Shown here: in pieces, positions 36,634 to 50,100 of the stretch | How positions within the stretch are numbered: position 1 is the stretch's first letter | Layout of the letters: every line of letters begins with the position of its first letter | Assembly: GCA_035221665.1 (NCBI GenBank) | Contig: JAVHYY010000123.1 | Span: 1-64,000, forward strand | DNA from: Okamejei kenojei | Lineage: Eukaryota | DNA: 64,000 nt | Reading direction: 5' to 3' | Position numbers and translations under genes: made by a program | Notes under the pieces: model-generated | What the model saw: the letters and a program-made list of their open reading frames with translations, nothing else | Told to the model about the DNA's origin: nothing | Databases searched by the model: none

Positions 36634-36862
36634 GTTTTGATCCTGGTGTGAAGGGGAAATTTGATGTTCCAGGGAACTGCCTACCTGAACGTTGACGTTC
36701 ATCAATTGTGGACTTCCGCCCATATTGAAAGCTGCCCCCCTTACTTCAGTGTGGGTAGAGGGGGGTGAACCCTGTGGTCAACCTCTGCCTCCTGGGCATA
36801 TTTCTTGTGATAAAAGACTCACCAGGTCATCTGATTTTTGTTTGGAGGAATCATTTGGAGAA
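36634..36862 (+). other. CDC42SE1: CDC42SE1 5' UTR part of the first coding exon
   Basis: Acceptor TCTTCTCTTCAAAGCAG|G at 36633/36634 with CTAAT branch-like site. Confidence 0.65.
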
Positions 36863-36916
36863 ATGAGCGAATTTTGGTTGTGTTTTGGCTGTTCGGAAGT
36901 GGAGAAGGCCCAGCCG
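36863..36916 (+). CDS. CDC42SE1: CDC42SE1 coding exon 1
   Basis: MSEFWLCFGCSEVEKAQP, donor GTAAGC. Confidence 0.92.
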
Positions 36917-38463
36917 GTAAGCCAAACATGAAAACATTGTTTTCTATTTATTTTATGGTATGAACTATAGATAAACAGTCCATGAGCATCCCAAAATAAT
37001 TCCCCCAAACTGCTGGAAAAATATGAGAGGATAAAATAACTTTATTTTAAAGTTTGAAGGATAATTATTTGCTCAGGTCACCAGGGAGTATAACTCGTGG
37101 ACTGTTTAATGGCCACCTGAGGGGCAGTTTCAGCTCTGGCCTGGGATAAATGATGGAGAGGAGCTTTCACTATCACTTGCTGAGTTTTTCCTGCCCTCAC
37201 CTCTTCCAGCTTTCACAATCAGTCTCAACAACAGTCCCGACTGGGAAAAGTTACCTATCCATGTTCTCTGAGATACTGTCTAATTCGCTGTGTCACTCCA
37301 GCACTTTGAGCCAGTGTGAGTGATGGGCTGAATGGAGGACTACCCATGATACGGCCATTTCAATGCTTTTGTAGCATCAAACAATAGGCTCTGCTAATAC
37401 TCCATATGAATACTAAGCAGTTAGTATCATCAGGGTGTGTAGGACTGGATACCGTGTGGAGATCCTTAACTCCAGGCAGAGCCCCCAGCAATAGACTGTG
37501 ATGATTGCAGGGTGGTGGGGGGATGAAATTAACCACAAATGAGCAGTGTCGGCATATTACATATTACGTATTTTGAAGGCAAGCCTACAATCAAACTGGG
37601 TGTTACTGGATCAGCTCCTGCTGCTGGGTAAAATAGCTCGGGGAGTGAGTCTTTTTGGGGTGGGGGTAGGGGGGGGGGGGGGTGGGAGAGTGATTAAGGT
37701 TTACATGAGACTAAAAAAATGGAAAGGGGCTTGTTTTCTGTAATTGTGTGTAAACGTAGACCAGGTAGCTTCTCTGGAGAGGGAAATGGTTCACATTCTA
37801 GTCTGGTTCCCGGTTATGAATAAAGATACGTTAGTAATCCGTCACATTTTAAGTTGCAGAGAAGGGTGTGGGGTGGAGAAAGTAAAGGGAATGTCTGACT
37901 GGGGTTGTCTGCCCGAGACCAAGACTGATTAAATGACACAATGGTGGTGTTGCCAGCTGAGAGGGGATAATAAAGGCTTGTTAATAATAAAGACAGTTGT
38001 TCTGTCTGGAGGAGATGCAAGTAGAAGAAGATGAATGAACAGAAAGAGGGAAGGAAAACAATGCTGGCACTGAAAGATACTGGCACTGTGGTTGCTGGAA
38101 ATCTTGAATGATAGAGATATACTTAAAATTCAGCATTTGTAGAGAGAGAGGGAGTACAATTACTGTTTGATGATAACTGTCCAGACCTGAAATTAAAAAA
38201 AAAGCTGTTTATCTGAGTTGGTTGTGTATAATTGTAGAATCACACAATGATGCAGCATGGAAACAGGCTCTTCGGACCAACTCATCTATGCCGACCATGT
38301 TGTTTAAATCCTACTTGCCTGTGCCTGGCCTATGTCTTTCCAAACCATACCAATCCATGTATCTGTCCAAGTACTTTTATAAATGGCAGCTTATTCGATG
38401 CACACACCACCCTCTGTGTGGGAAAAGTCATCTCTCATGTCCCTTCCAAATCTAATGCTTCAC

Positions 38464-38960
38464 ACTAATTTGAATATCATCTGCAAAATTGCTAACCTTG
38501 CTACCTACATTCACATCCAAATCATTACCATTAATAATGAACAGCAGTGGTCTCAGCACTGATTCCCATGGCACACAACTCTCTCCAGTCCTCCAGTCTG
38601 AAAAACAATCCTATACCACCACCCTCTGTCTCTGCCTTCAAGCCAGTGTTGTATCCAATTGGCTAGCTCACCATGGATCCCAAGTAATCTAACCTTCCAG
38701 ATATGCCTGTCATGTTGTACCCTGACAAAGGCCTTGCTAAATTCCATGTGGACAATGTCTGCTTCACTGCCCTCATTAATCTTGTTAGTTAAAAAAAACA
38801 CAATCAACTTTGTGAGAGATAATTTCCCTTGTGCACTTCCATGCTCACTATCCCTAATCAGTTCTTGTCTTTCCAAACACATATAGATCCTGCCTCCAAT
38901 AACCTGCTCACCAATGATGATGGGCTCATGTAGTTCCCAGGCTTTTCCATGAATATTTCT
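38464..38960 (-). mobile_element. Degenerate CR1 RT fragment
   Basis: ORF with LTKLIVF..FSKAFVRV..GIHGELANWIQHWL. Confidence 0.8.
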
Positions 38961-40480
38961 TGGATATAATTTCTTGAACTAAAGGACTGTACGTGAACAG
39001 CTGTTTCACTTGGGAGTATTGATTGGGTCACTGGATGATGTGTAAGAAAGCAAGAAATGGGCAGGCGTTGTCTCTTCTGTGATTGTACAGAATGTGTAAT
39101 AAGAAAGGAAGTACATGTTGGTGGAGATAGACAGAATGAATGAGGGAGTGGTGGAAGGTATGGTCCCTCTGCAATGCTGAAAGGCAAGTAGCATTACATT
39201 GTAGGAGGTGGAAGACAGATCTGTGGAAGATGCTTTTCAAAGGGTACGTGCTACATAACTCCTTCAATCGACGATGGGGTGATATGCAATCTATGCCACT
39301 CCAACTTCAGCGACACCTCACAGATACCTTTAATGCATTCCCTTTGTTCCCATTATCATGTACCTGTGGACTGTGGATGGCTCCACTGTAATCATGTATT
39401 GTCTTTCTGCTGACTGGTGAGCACGCAACAAAAGCCTTTCACTGTACCTCACTACACATTACACTAAATTCAAACTCATTGGAGTGCTTGTTGTACTTTC
39501 AGAAACTCCATGGGGAAGGAGAGTTTTGGAAGTTAAAATATCCCAAATGGGTTAAATTATTGAAGAGATGCTTCCACCTTGAAAATCCGCTTGATGCATT
39601 CAAGATTTATTTGGGGAAATAATGAAGGATTGAGGATGAAACTGTGCTCTCTATTTTCATTTACTGAGGAATAGTATCTTTGGCACTGCTTTTGATCTAA
39701 ATCTTTATCTCTGGCCTAAAAATAGTTAACGTGAACGTGAAATTTCATTCCACCTACGTACAAAACGCAGGCTGATTGGTCTCATGCTGGGCTCCATTAG
39801 GGAGAGGTAATGAACCAAAACTCCACCTGGCCCCTTGGATAGAACTTGAATGTAGCATTTTGACGACTGCCCTAGTGACCCAGACCAATGTTTACCCTTG
39901 GTTGAGATAATTTAACAAACCATATTAACTAGTCATTGCTATTTACGGAAGATGATTATGCACAGCTGCGCTGTGTTTCGTATGCTATGAAATGCAACCA
40001 CAGAATGCTTGGAGAACAGTAAGTAACCTGTGTTAATATAGTTATTACAATGCTGTGATATGGCCCAAGGTATTCTTCAGGAAGAGCTACTAAAATATTC
40101 CATTCACAACCTACTGCAGGAAGAAGTTTCTTATTCCCTAATCCTAAATGCCAATCCCTTGTTCCACACCAGAGGAAGATGTCTCTTGATATTTACCATC
40201 AACGACTCCAGGAAGGATGTTCTGGAACTCAGGACCGAGGCAGATGAAGGAATAATACCAATGGTGGAACAATGGAAAATGTGCGCGTGCCAGGACAGAA
40301 TTAGAAATCAGGGGTAAAAGACTGTAGGATGGAGTAAAGGGTTGGAACTTGAGAAAGATACTGCAATAGGAATACACTCTTCTCAAATTTGTGAGGATTT
40401 AATTGAGTATCAGTGAGTTGGGTTTCTGTAGATGGAAGTCATTGTGCTGTTCACTGTTAATCTGTGTTCTTGCGTTGCAG

Positions 40481-40585
40481 AAAAAGCGGAAACGGATCGA
40501 CAGAAGCATGATTGGTGAGCCCATGAACTTTGTACATTTGACGCACGTTGGTTCAGGAGATATGGCAAGCCAAGGATTTTCAAAG
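40481..40585 (+). CDS. CDC42SE1: CDC42SE1 coding exon 2 (CRIB domain)
   Basis: [35 protein letters not shown]; CRIB IGEPxNFVHxxHVG; AG/GT bounded. Confidence 0.96.
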
Positions 40586-42040
40586 GTGAGATGTGGTTCT
40601 GAAATGACATGACTTCCACCGTTTCATAAACTGATGTTCTCTGGACCAATTAAAATGCACCAGATAACTTGATTGAAACGCATTCAAAGCCTTTCAAGAA
40701 ATTAAATAAGCGTTTTACACTTCCCTTTAATTCACTGCAGTTCCAGTCCCAATCCAAATGAAATACAGGCTCACATCACCAGTGCAGTACTGAGCAAGTG
40801 CTAGTGTTGGACTTTCTGCCTGGTTTAAGTATCAAGGAATACATAGTTCTTTATTAAGAGAAGCATGATTCAAATAAACCGTCAGCATGGTTCTATAAAA
40901 GGAAAATCGTTTTTGACAAATACAATAGAACTCTTGAGGATTTAACAAGCAGAGTTAATAGATAGGATGCATTGCTTCGATTTCCAGTAAGGCTTCAATG
41001 AAGTGCCACATAAACAGTGGTTGCGCATGATAACAGCTCAGGAATAAACACACAGCTAGAGTAACTCAGCAAGTCAGGCAGCATCTCTGGAGAAAAGGAA
41101 TAGGTGACGTTTCGGGTCAGAACTCTTCTTCAGCTTGTGTTATTGGTGAAGCATATTAATTTGAATTGAAGACATGAAAGATAGAAAACACCAGAACAGT
41201 TTGAAATTAGTGCAAGAGGAGGCCACCCTGAAGCCTGCTAGCCCTGCCACTCGATGTTAACATGGCTAATCAGGCCTGCTGTTTCAAAAGTTACAAATGA
41301 TTCACAATCTATTACTATTAGTTGCCTATTGCTTGTTTCTCTGCATCGTAGTCCCTCAGTTGTTAAGTTGTAATTTCATTTTCCATTCCACAGACAAATT
41401 CTGAGCATACCTTAAGAATTGATGCATTGTCATTTGCCATTTTAAAAAAAAGATCGATAGATGTTCCCAAAACCAGTGTTAATTGGCACAGTTGAGTTTC
41501 CCTGTGTCATACATCATATTATCCCTCAACTTCACAAACAGATTAAGTAGTAATTTATTTATTTCTGATGTGTGAGTTTACAATGCCCCAAAACTACTAC
41601 ATTTCTTCAAGGCTACACTTTAAATATCCTACTGTAACTGAAATCCATTGGGCGGCCTGACATCATGTAATAATGCAACCTCTATATCTTTGAAGTGATC
41701 GTCTCTAATTGTTCTGCTACTGATTGACATTTAGCAAGAAGGAGTCCATTATACTGAGCAAAGGCATCTACCAGCCAACCAATTAATACTCAATAATGGA
41801 TTATGTATTTTCTGAACCTTAAGTAAACCAGGCAGCTTTCTGCTCTGTTACAATAACTGGTCTGCATGAGGTTTGAGGTACTGTTAAACATTGTTATGAC
41901 AGATTGGGGGAGTTGAAATTTGGGGGGAGAGGTAGATTTAGATAAAATTTAGTGTTTACACAGCGAAATGGAAGTTGGAATGACGAAACATTCAAAACTC
42001 ATTTTTGTGCATTCTGGGATCTGTGGTTGGAGCTGTTAAA

Positions 42041-42472
42041 TAGAAACATAGAAAATAGGTTCAGGAGGAGGCCATTTGGCCCTTCGAGCCTGTACGCCAT
42101 TCAATATGATCATGGCTGATCATCCAACTCAGTATCCTGTACCTGCCTTCTCTCCATACCCCCTGATCCCTTTAGCCACAAGGGCCACATCTAACTCCCT
42201 CTTAAATATAGCCAATTAACTGGCCTCAACTACCTTTTGTGGCAGAGAATTCCACAGATTCACCACTGTGTGAAAAATGTTTTTCTCATCTCAGTCCTAA
42301 AAAACTTCCCCCTTATCCTTAAACTGTGACCCCTTGTTCTGGACTTCCCCAACATCGGGAACAATCTTCCTGCATCTAGCCTGTCCAACACCTTAAGAAT
42401 TTTGTAAGTTTCTATAAGATCACCCCTCAATCTTCTAAATTCTAGCGAGTACAAGCCGCGTCTATCCAGTCT
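42041..42472 (-). mobile_element. Young CR1 3' fragment, same family as 18540-19786
   Basis: RLDRRGLYSLEFRRLRGDLIETYKIL.. nearly identical to the 19 kb copy. Confidence 0.92.
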
Positions 42473-44203
42473 TGTCATGTCAATTAAATGACATGACTAA
42501 AAGTCAGATGAGGTTGGGACAGATTTGGAAATGATCAGTACACATGCTTTGGATTGAAGCTCTGGCTTTGTGCCACAGACCCCAGCTCCTTCCACGATGG
42601 GTGTGGCAATAGCCAGATACTGTCAGTTATATTGGCACATACACTGCTGCTCTTGACACATGGGTGTAATGGCAGCCAGATGTAGGCTGGATGACAGTAG
42701 AAGGGAGGAAGTTATGACATTTTTAAAAAGCCTTTGCATAGATAAAAGCAAGATTATGTAATTTCATCAGAAATTTACCTTATCTGGTGCATGAAAATTG
42801 CATGAAGGAAATGTTAAAAGCTATTATTATCAATGTTACACCAGTGATTTCCAGAGAGCATGGATAGATGTTGTGGCCTCAACATTTTGCAGTGCATATC
42901 AATGATAAAGACACCAAAGTTATGGTTTTCTAGCTTCACTGGTGACACAAAAGTAGATGGGAAACTATATTGTGAGAAGGCCTAAAGAGGCTGATTAGTG
43001 AAGATATAATGAGAATGGATAAATTGTCAGAAAAATACAATGAAATAAGCTAAATTGTGAGTAACTACAAAGGGATCATGGTATCCTAATACATAATTTA
43101 CAAAATGTTAATATCTAGGTACATCAAATAATTAGCAGAGGTAACAATGTTGTTGCTTATTACTTGATGATTTGGATGCTAAGGTGGGTGGGTGGGGGTT
43201 ATGCTGAGTTATACTGGCTATTCTTAAGACTACATCCTCTATGTACAGTCCTTAGTTATGGAAAGATGCTCGTGCATTGAAAGCAGTTGTAAGGATCTGA
43301 GAAACGGGAGCAGCAGCAGGCTATCTGGCCCTTAGAGTCTGCTTTACTATTCATTTCAATCATGTTTATTACATTGCCATTTTCTCAGAAATGTTCGAAA
43401 AATCAAGTTAAATATATTTGGAATGAATACATGATTGATCCTGCAGAGCCACCTGGGTTGTAGAATTCTGATTGTGCACTGACAAAATTTACCTAATTTT
43501 AGTCTCGATAACCTCTCCCTATTCTGAAAACACGCCCCTGATCCTAGGCTTTTCAACCAGAGAAAATATCATCCTTGTACCAACTTATCAAGCTCTTGCA
43601 AGCATTTTGCATGATTCAATGAGATCTGCTCTCATTCTTCTACGAGGCCAAGCAGACCAGTACATGCCTGATCTACTCTCAGTATATCTTCATCCAGCAA
43701 ATTTGTCTTCTCTGGAATCAGTCCAAGAAAGCCTTGCTGCACTCTTGAGTCAAGACAACCAAAAATGTCAGAGACAAGGACAAAAATGCACAAGTCCAGA
43801 TGTCCTGCACAATGTCTTGTACAATTGCAGTAAGATTTTGTCATTCCTGTATTCAGCTCTCCTTGTACTTGTTACACCTGCATGTTGGCCATTAACAATT
43901 TGTGATAAGGCACACTGCCGTTGCTTTTGGATGGTTGGCAGGAAACAACAATCAATTTCTTGTCCATGGAAATAGCTCTGTTTGGGAGCACATAACATTG
44001 CCAAAGTGTTATCTTTTTGTCTAGATTGATATAATTTTGTGATGTCCAATTTGGCTGCTGCTCATCCTTGTGACGTAACTGCAATTCCCTTGTTTGTGAA
44101 TTGATTTGAAAGGTTCCAAATAAATGAGAGGTGCTCGTTGTGGTCTGATATTTGGTCCTGATGATGCAGTTTTTTTTCATTATTATTTTTTTTTCCTCTG
44201 CAG

Positions 44204-44281
44204 TCGGGATCTGTTCAGGAACGGATGAAGTCCAAAAGTGGACTAGTCACAAATTCTACTACCGACACAAAACGACCGTAG
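44204..44281 (+). CDS. CDC42SE1: CDC42SE1 last coding exon
   Basis: Strong polypyrimidine acceptor; SGSVQERMKSKSGLVTNSTTDTKRP*; total protein 78 aa; donor GTAAGT at 44308. Confidence 0.9.
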   Translation, partial: SGSVQERMKSKSGLVTNSTTDTKRP

Positions 44282-44704
44282 CAAAGTCCAAGGTGTCATT
44301 GTGGCAAGTAAGTCTAATGCTTAGACCTCAGAGCTTTGAGACAAACTGTTTCTCACAATAGTCACTACAATTCAAAGGTACTGCATTTGCTGGCAACTGC
44401 TTCGGAAAGCCTCAAAAGTGTATTGTGGAGAAAGTCTTGATCAAATATAAAATATATTAAACCTTTTATCTAGGGTAGAGTAATAGTTTTGAACTAACAG
44501 TCATAAACAAGCCATGAAAATTAATTTTGAATATACAAGGCATACAAATGATTACCAAGCTAGAAAACCAGATACTGGGGTGAATATGATTGGGAGAGTT
44601 AGAATATTGGAGGTACAAGATTCATTGAGGGAGGGATACTTGAGATCTGAGCTTCAATAAGGCACTTTCTAATAGTGCCATAGATTCGTACAGCAGAGAA
44701 AGAG

Positions 44705-44922
44705 AAGATAAACACAAAATGCTGGAGTAACTCAGCGAGGGACAGGCAGCTCCTTTGGAGAGAAGGAACAGGTGACGTTGTGGGTCGTGACCCATCTTCT
44801 GAAGAAGGATATTAACCCGAAATGTCACCCATTCCTTCTCTCCAGAGATGTTACCTGTTATGCTGAATTACTCCAGCTTTTTGTGTCTACCGTTGAAACC
44901 AGCATCTGCACTTCCTTCCTAC
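44705..44922. mobile_element. Palindromic Penelope-derived element
   Basis: Inverted arms meeting at TCTTCTGAAGAAGG. Confidence 0.75.
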
Positions 44923-45119
44923 ACAGCACAGAAACGGGCCGTTTGGCCCACCAAGTCCATGCTGACCACCATACTTGCCTATACCAGTCTTACTTATCAG
45001 CTTTGAGCCCAGTTTCCTTTTTTGTGTCAATTCAAGTGTTTGTCTAGATACTTAAGTGTTGTAAGAGTGTCTAATTTCCCCCATCAGAAAGCGTGTTTAG
45101 TTTTTTTTTAAAGTTTAGA

Positions 45120-45275
45120 AATACCCTGTACATCTTTAGACTGTGGGAGGAAACCGAAGCTTGGAGAAAACCCACGCAGATCACAGGGAGAAAGTACAAA
45201 CTCCGTACAGACAAGCAGCCATAGACGGGATTGAACCCGGGTCTCTGACGCTGTAAGGCGGCAACTCCGTGCAGC
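45120..45275 (-). mobile_element. V-SINE 5' half
   Basis: Reverse B-box GGGATTGAACCCGGGTCTC and SINE core. Confidence 0.75.
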
Positions 45276-45364
45276 CCTGGCTTTCACAGAGAAATTGCCA
45301 ACTATTATAACACGTTAAGTTAGGTTTGGAGTTGAGGCAGGTAGAAGAACGATATTTAAATGAC

Positions 45365-45690
45365 GGGGGTACACAAAAATCTGGAGAAACTCAGCCGGTG
45401 CAGCAACATCTAAGGAGCGAAGGAGATAGGCAACGTTTTGGGCCGAAACCCTTCTCAATTCTGTTAACCCTTGCTGTCTCCTCCCCTTCCCACCTCTCCC
45501 TCAGCCCTCGAGCTCCTCCTCCTTTTTCCTTTCTTCTCCCCGCCTCCCCACCTCCCATCAGTCTGAAGGGTTTCGGCCTGAAGCGTTGCCCATCTCCTTC
45601 GCTCCTTAGATGCTGCTGCACCCGCTGAGTTTCTCCAGCTTTTTGTGTACCCTCGATTTTCCAGCATCTGCAGTTCCTTCTTTAACACAA
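45365..45690. mobile_element. Palindromic Penelope-derived element inserted in a CR1 tail, ~13-bp TSD
   Basis: Inverted ~85-bp arms; ATATTTAAA(T/A)GAC at 45352-45364 and 45691-45703. Confidence 0.85.
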
Positions 45691-46746
45691 ATATTTAAAA
45701 GACCTTTGGACAGGTACAAGGATAAGAAAGGCTTAGAGGGTTATGGGCCAAATACTGGCAAATGGGATAACCTTAGATGGGGCATCTTGGTTGGCATAGT
45801 CAAGCTGGGCTGAAGGGCCTTTTTCTGTGCTGTATGACTCGATGTAATCCTCTGAATAGAAACTTGAGCTGTAGTTTTTGAGAGCTGCCTAATGTTAAAA
45901 TTTTACTTGGACCTGAAGAGCTTTGATTAATGCAGTATTGAATATGTGGGCAGAGAAAATCAGAAGTTTTTCAAGCTAACAAATGGCCAAGTCAATCACC
46001 TGATCTTAACCCAATTGAGCATTTGATATGCTGAAGAGCAAACTGAAGGGGACTAGCCCCAAATCAAGCATAAACGAAAGATGGCTGCATGACAGGCCTG
46101 GCAGAGCATCACCAGAGAAGACACCCAGCAACTGGTGATGTCCATGAATCGCAGACTTCAACATTGAACATTGAACTTCAAGCAGTCATTGCATGCAAAG
46201 GATATAAATGGCCTTTATTAAAATCCGACAATGTGCACTTTAACCACATGTGATTTTTTTTTTCTATTACAAATCTCAAATTGTGGAGTATAAAGGCAAA
46301 TAAATAAATGATGGGTCTTTTTCCCAAACATTATTGAGGGCACTGTACATATTTGGATGTCAGATGTGGATAGATCCAACTGGTGGTATTGGCCACTTCC
46401 ATGTTGATAAATGCTCACGGATTAACTAATGCAGAAAGGATGGAAAATGCATATTTTACAAATGTTATTTTTGATTTGTTAGCTTGCAGGCTGGTGTCCT
46501 GCTCCACGCGAGTCTCCATCCACCCCTACATCATCTCCTAATGGTTTCCTCCCACCCTATCCTCCCACTATCTACTCTCTCGTGTCCATAGGTCATAAGT
46601 TCTAGGAGCAGAATGAGGCCATTCTGCCAATCATGTCTACTCTGCTAATCCCTCATGGCTGATCTATCTCTCCCTCCTAACCTCATTCTACTGCCTTCTC
46701 TCCATAACCCTTGACACCCATACTAATCAAGAATCTGTTATTTGAT

Positions 46747-46840
46747 GGTACACAAAAGGCTGGAGAAACTCAGCGGGTGCAGCAGCATCTAAGGAGCGAA
46801 GGAGATAGGTGACGTTTCGGGTCGAGACCCTTCTTCAGAC
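46747..46840 (-). mobile_element. 94-bp Penelope terminal-repeat insertion with intact hammerhead core and 14-bp TSD
   Basis: ATCTGTTATTTGAT at 46733-46746 and 46841-46854; minus strand CTGAAGAAGGGTCTCGACCCGAAACGTC at 46838-46811. Confidence 0.88.
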
Positions 46841-47101
46841 ATCTGTTATTTGATATTTGTTTCCAGCTTCCGTAAAAGGTATTATGAAATATTTTCGCCT
46901 TAGCCCATTGAGATGATTTCCACATATTTACTTCTCTCTGGAGATGGAATTATCCCCAGAACGTCCAGTAACATTTATGTTTATTAAATATATTGATGGA
47001 AAATATCTCCAATATTGAAGTTTGTATATGTTGATCTGAGTTAAACTTGGTGCTGACACGCTACAAGTCCAAATGGCTTTTTCCAATCATTAATTTTCCA
47101 G

Positions 47102-50100
47102 GTAATGACCTGCTGGTGGATCGAGATGAACTTCCTTGACTGCTCCTAGAACTTATGACCTCGCCTTCTGATGGTTTGGACTAATTTATACTTGGGACAT
47201 CTGTTTTTCATCCTGCTCGAGAAATCTGCACTGATGGTTCTTTGTCCTATTGAACTTAAACGCTACAATTTTCTAAACAAGGAAGGGACATTGATCTGCT
47301 GAATCTCTTGGAATGCTTTCCAGAAATTTTCTAAATCTGTTTCTTTATATTTCTCCTTGGATTCCAGGTCATGTTGCTAGATATGCTGTATATTGAAAGT
47401 GTAAAACAGTATTTTGTTGGATGATTTTTGCCTGAGGATGGAGAGTTTCTGCTGCTTAAAGTATATACTAACTAAATTGAGATAGTGGTGTTGGTGAGGC
47501 TGGGGGGGGGGGGGGGGGACATTAGATTGGGGTTGACCTAGAAGCTTAAAAAATGTTTGAAGCAATTTAATACTTGAAAACTTGCTTGCATTTGGAAACT
47601 TCTGGAAAAATTCCCATTGGAAAAACAGATAGCTCCCAATGATATCCTTGTCACTCTGATGCAAATTCGGCCAAACTCAGCAGAAGGGTCTTGCTAACTG
47701 CAATTTCTCCACAGATAAATTTCTCAAGCTTTCAGCCTTGCGTTATGACTCCAGTATCTGTCCAGTAATGGGGGAAAGAAAGCTAAGTGTTCCTTGTATT
47801 TCCAGTTTTCAAGAGAACATCTACTGGTGCTTTATGCATACAAGCACTTTGTGCTTTCAAAGCTGAGGTGGAGGGAGGAAAAAATATAGTTAGATTTTCA
47901 GCATTCAGATTTGCACTTTTCTGGTGGTGTGTAAAGTGCACCACAATCACATCTAGTTGTTTCCACGAAGGTCGGATTTATTGCAGAGCAAAGATGCTGA
48001 TCCTGGCCAAATTTAGCCTTGGGACATCATCTCCCTTCAGGATGAACGTGGAAGAAAGAAATCCAATTCTGATTGCTATAGAGAGGGGGGTGAAGTACAA
48101 ACTGCTTATCTACTAACGATCTTGAATAGTGAATGTCCTGATATGATAGCTTCTGTGTCGTCTTGCATGTAAAATGATTGTTGGGTAAAAGTCACAAGTT
48201 GCAAGCATATGAGAGTTTTTTCAGTCAATCAATTTCACAGGGCATCAAACAATTCTCCACATGTGGTTTGACATCTTGGCAAGAGTGATTTCCATACATT
48301 TTTACAATAATGTCTAATGCAGATCAGCAATAGTTTTTTTTTGCAACATGACCATGTTTGCCTTTCTCATCTAATATAGCGCACACCTTTGCTGATTGCA
48401 CAGTTACAATACAGGCATTTTTATAGCCAAAGACTATTGGTCAAACCATGGCACTTTCTAAAAACGTGTTCATTATCCTCTTTTCTCATCTATGGTTAAC
48501 TACAGGGTATTGGTTTATAATGCATTTTTCTCTTGCCTTATAGAACTTTCCAATTGATATTCTACAGCTAGTAATCCACCATTTTAGCTATGGGTACATG
48601 GGAATTAAATTTAATGAGAAATATTTTGCATTAGTTTCACATGAAATCCTCATGAACTGTTGTTTCCTTTGGTTCCAGTGCAGTTCCTATCAATCATAGT
48701 TATTGATTTATTTGTGCAATGCTTGACAAACTCTTTGATCTGTGTCTCACAACCCAACAGGATTGCAAAAAATGGGATAAACTGATTTATTAAATAGGAT
48801 TTGCAATCAATTAAACAGTCCAACTGATTCATCCTGATATTTGTGCTCTTTATGAGCTTTCTACTCACCCTAATCTAATCCATTTATTCTGTTGAAAATT
48901 GTTTCTATAATTCTTCCTCCTGCACTTAATGAAAACTGTTTGCACATGCCAATTGCAGAGTAAGACTTTAAAGTCTTGAGACCCACATCCCTCCACTCCA
49001 CCATCATCTCTTTGTACCAGAGAGCAATGTTATTTTCCAGTAACAGCATTCCATTCCAATCAGTAACTTGGTTAGAACAGTCCTACATTTCAAACCCAAT
49101 GTGGCAGAAAACAACTTTAGCATTTACTGTATTGATGAAACTTGTTTAAAATGCATATGATTGTTGGATTATAAATTGGGATGCTTCATTCTTTCAAGAA
49201 CTAAAGAAATGTCTATTAGGAATGTTTCCAAGACTAACTGAAGGACCTTCATTTCTGGTTCAATCTGACCTCAAATCATTTACCAGTATATTTATACATC
49301 TCAACATTCTTTTGTACTGCAGAGTTACATTACACATAACTTGTAAACATATAGTCCAAGGGCACACCTGTGTTTTATAACTGCCTTTTCAGACGTTTGA
49401 CTTGGATTTGTATCTTTCTACATGCCTCATAGCTGTATCTGATGACTATTCTAGGAATTGGATTGCAGGGAAATGTGTGTGAATGAAATTGAGGGATTTC
49501 TTTGAAAAGGTTTCATCCTATGTTGTATGAAATATGAGCTACTTAGATGTTGGTACCATCCTAACCTGAAGTCGGGTAGCTCCTAACAAATACTGGTTCT
49601 GAATCAAGTTCAGTTTAAGTTTAAACTTCAAATTCATTATTTAGAAAGGTCAGGTGGCAATTTATTTTTATATGGATAATTTGGAAAATAAAAATCATGC
49701 TTTCAAAATATTTGTGCAAGTAAATATAACTGAGTTTGCTGCACAATGACTGCCCAAACCTAGCTACCATTATTTAGCATTTCAGTCCCTCTGCTAGGAA
49801 ATGGTTATCCCCAAAACCTGCCTCAATAACTGTGTGTGTGTGTGTGAGTGTGCGCGCGCGTCTCTCTCATTAACTGGTTCTTGTAGATTGTTTGATCTGA
49901 CAAGAACTTAACTGCAATAATCACTGGATTGCACGTAGGAAAGGGATTGGGGTGTTGACCCTTAGCTAATGGTCTTGTTTTTTTGTTACTTTCTCAATTA
50001 ATGAGACAAAATGGAGTATTCATTATGCAGCTTAAGTAGTAGCTAGCTAAATGTGCACCCCACAGGACTGCTTTGCTACAGAATAGCTTCCCAAGTTATT

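Noticed and set aside
43472-43975. 167-aa ORF in a CDC42SE1 intron
   Set aside because: Antisense reading of a decayed CR1 fragment (minus strand shows ILLQLYKTL)
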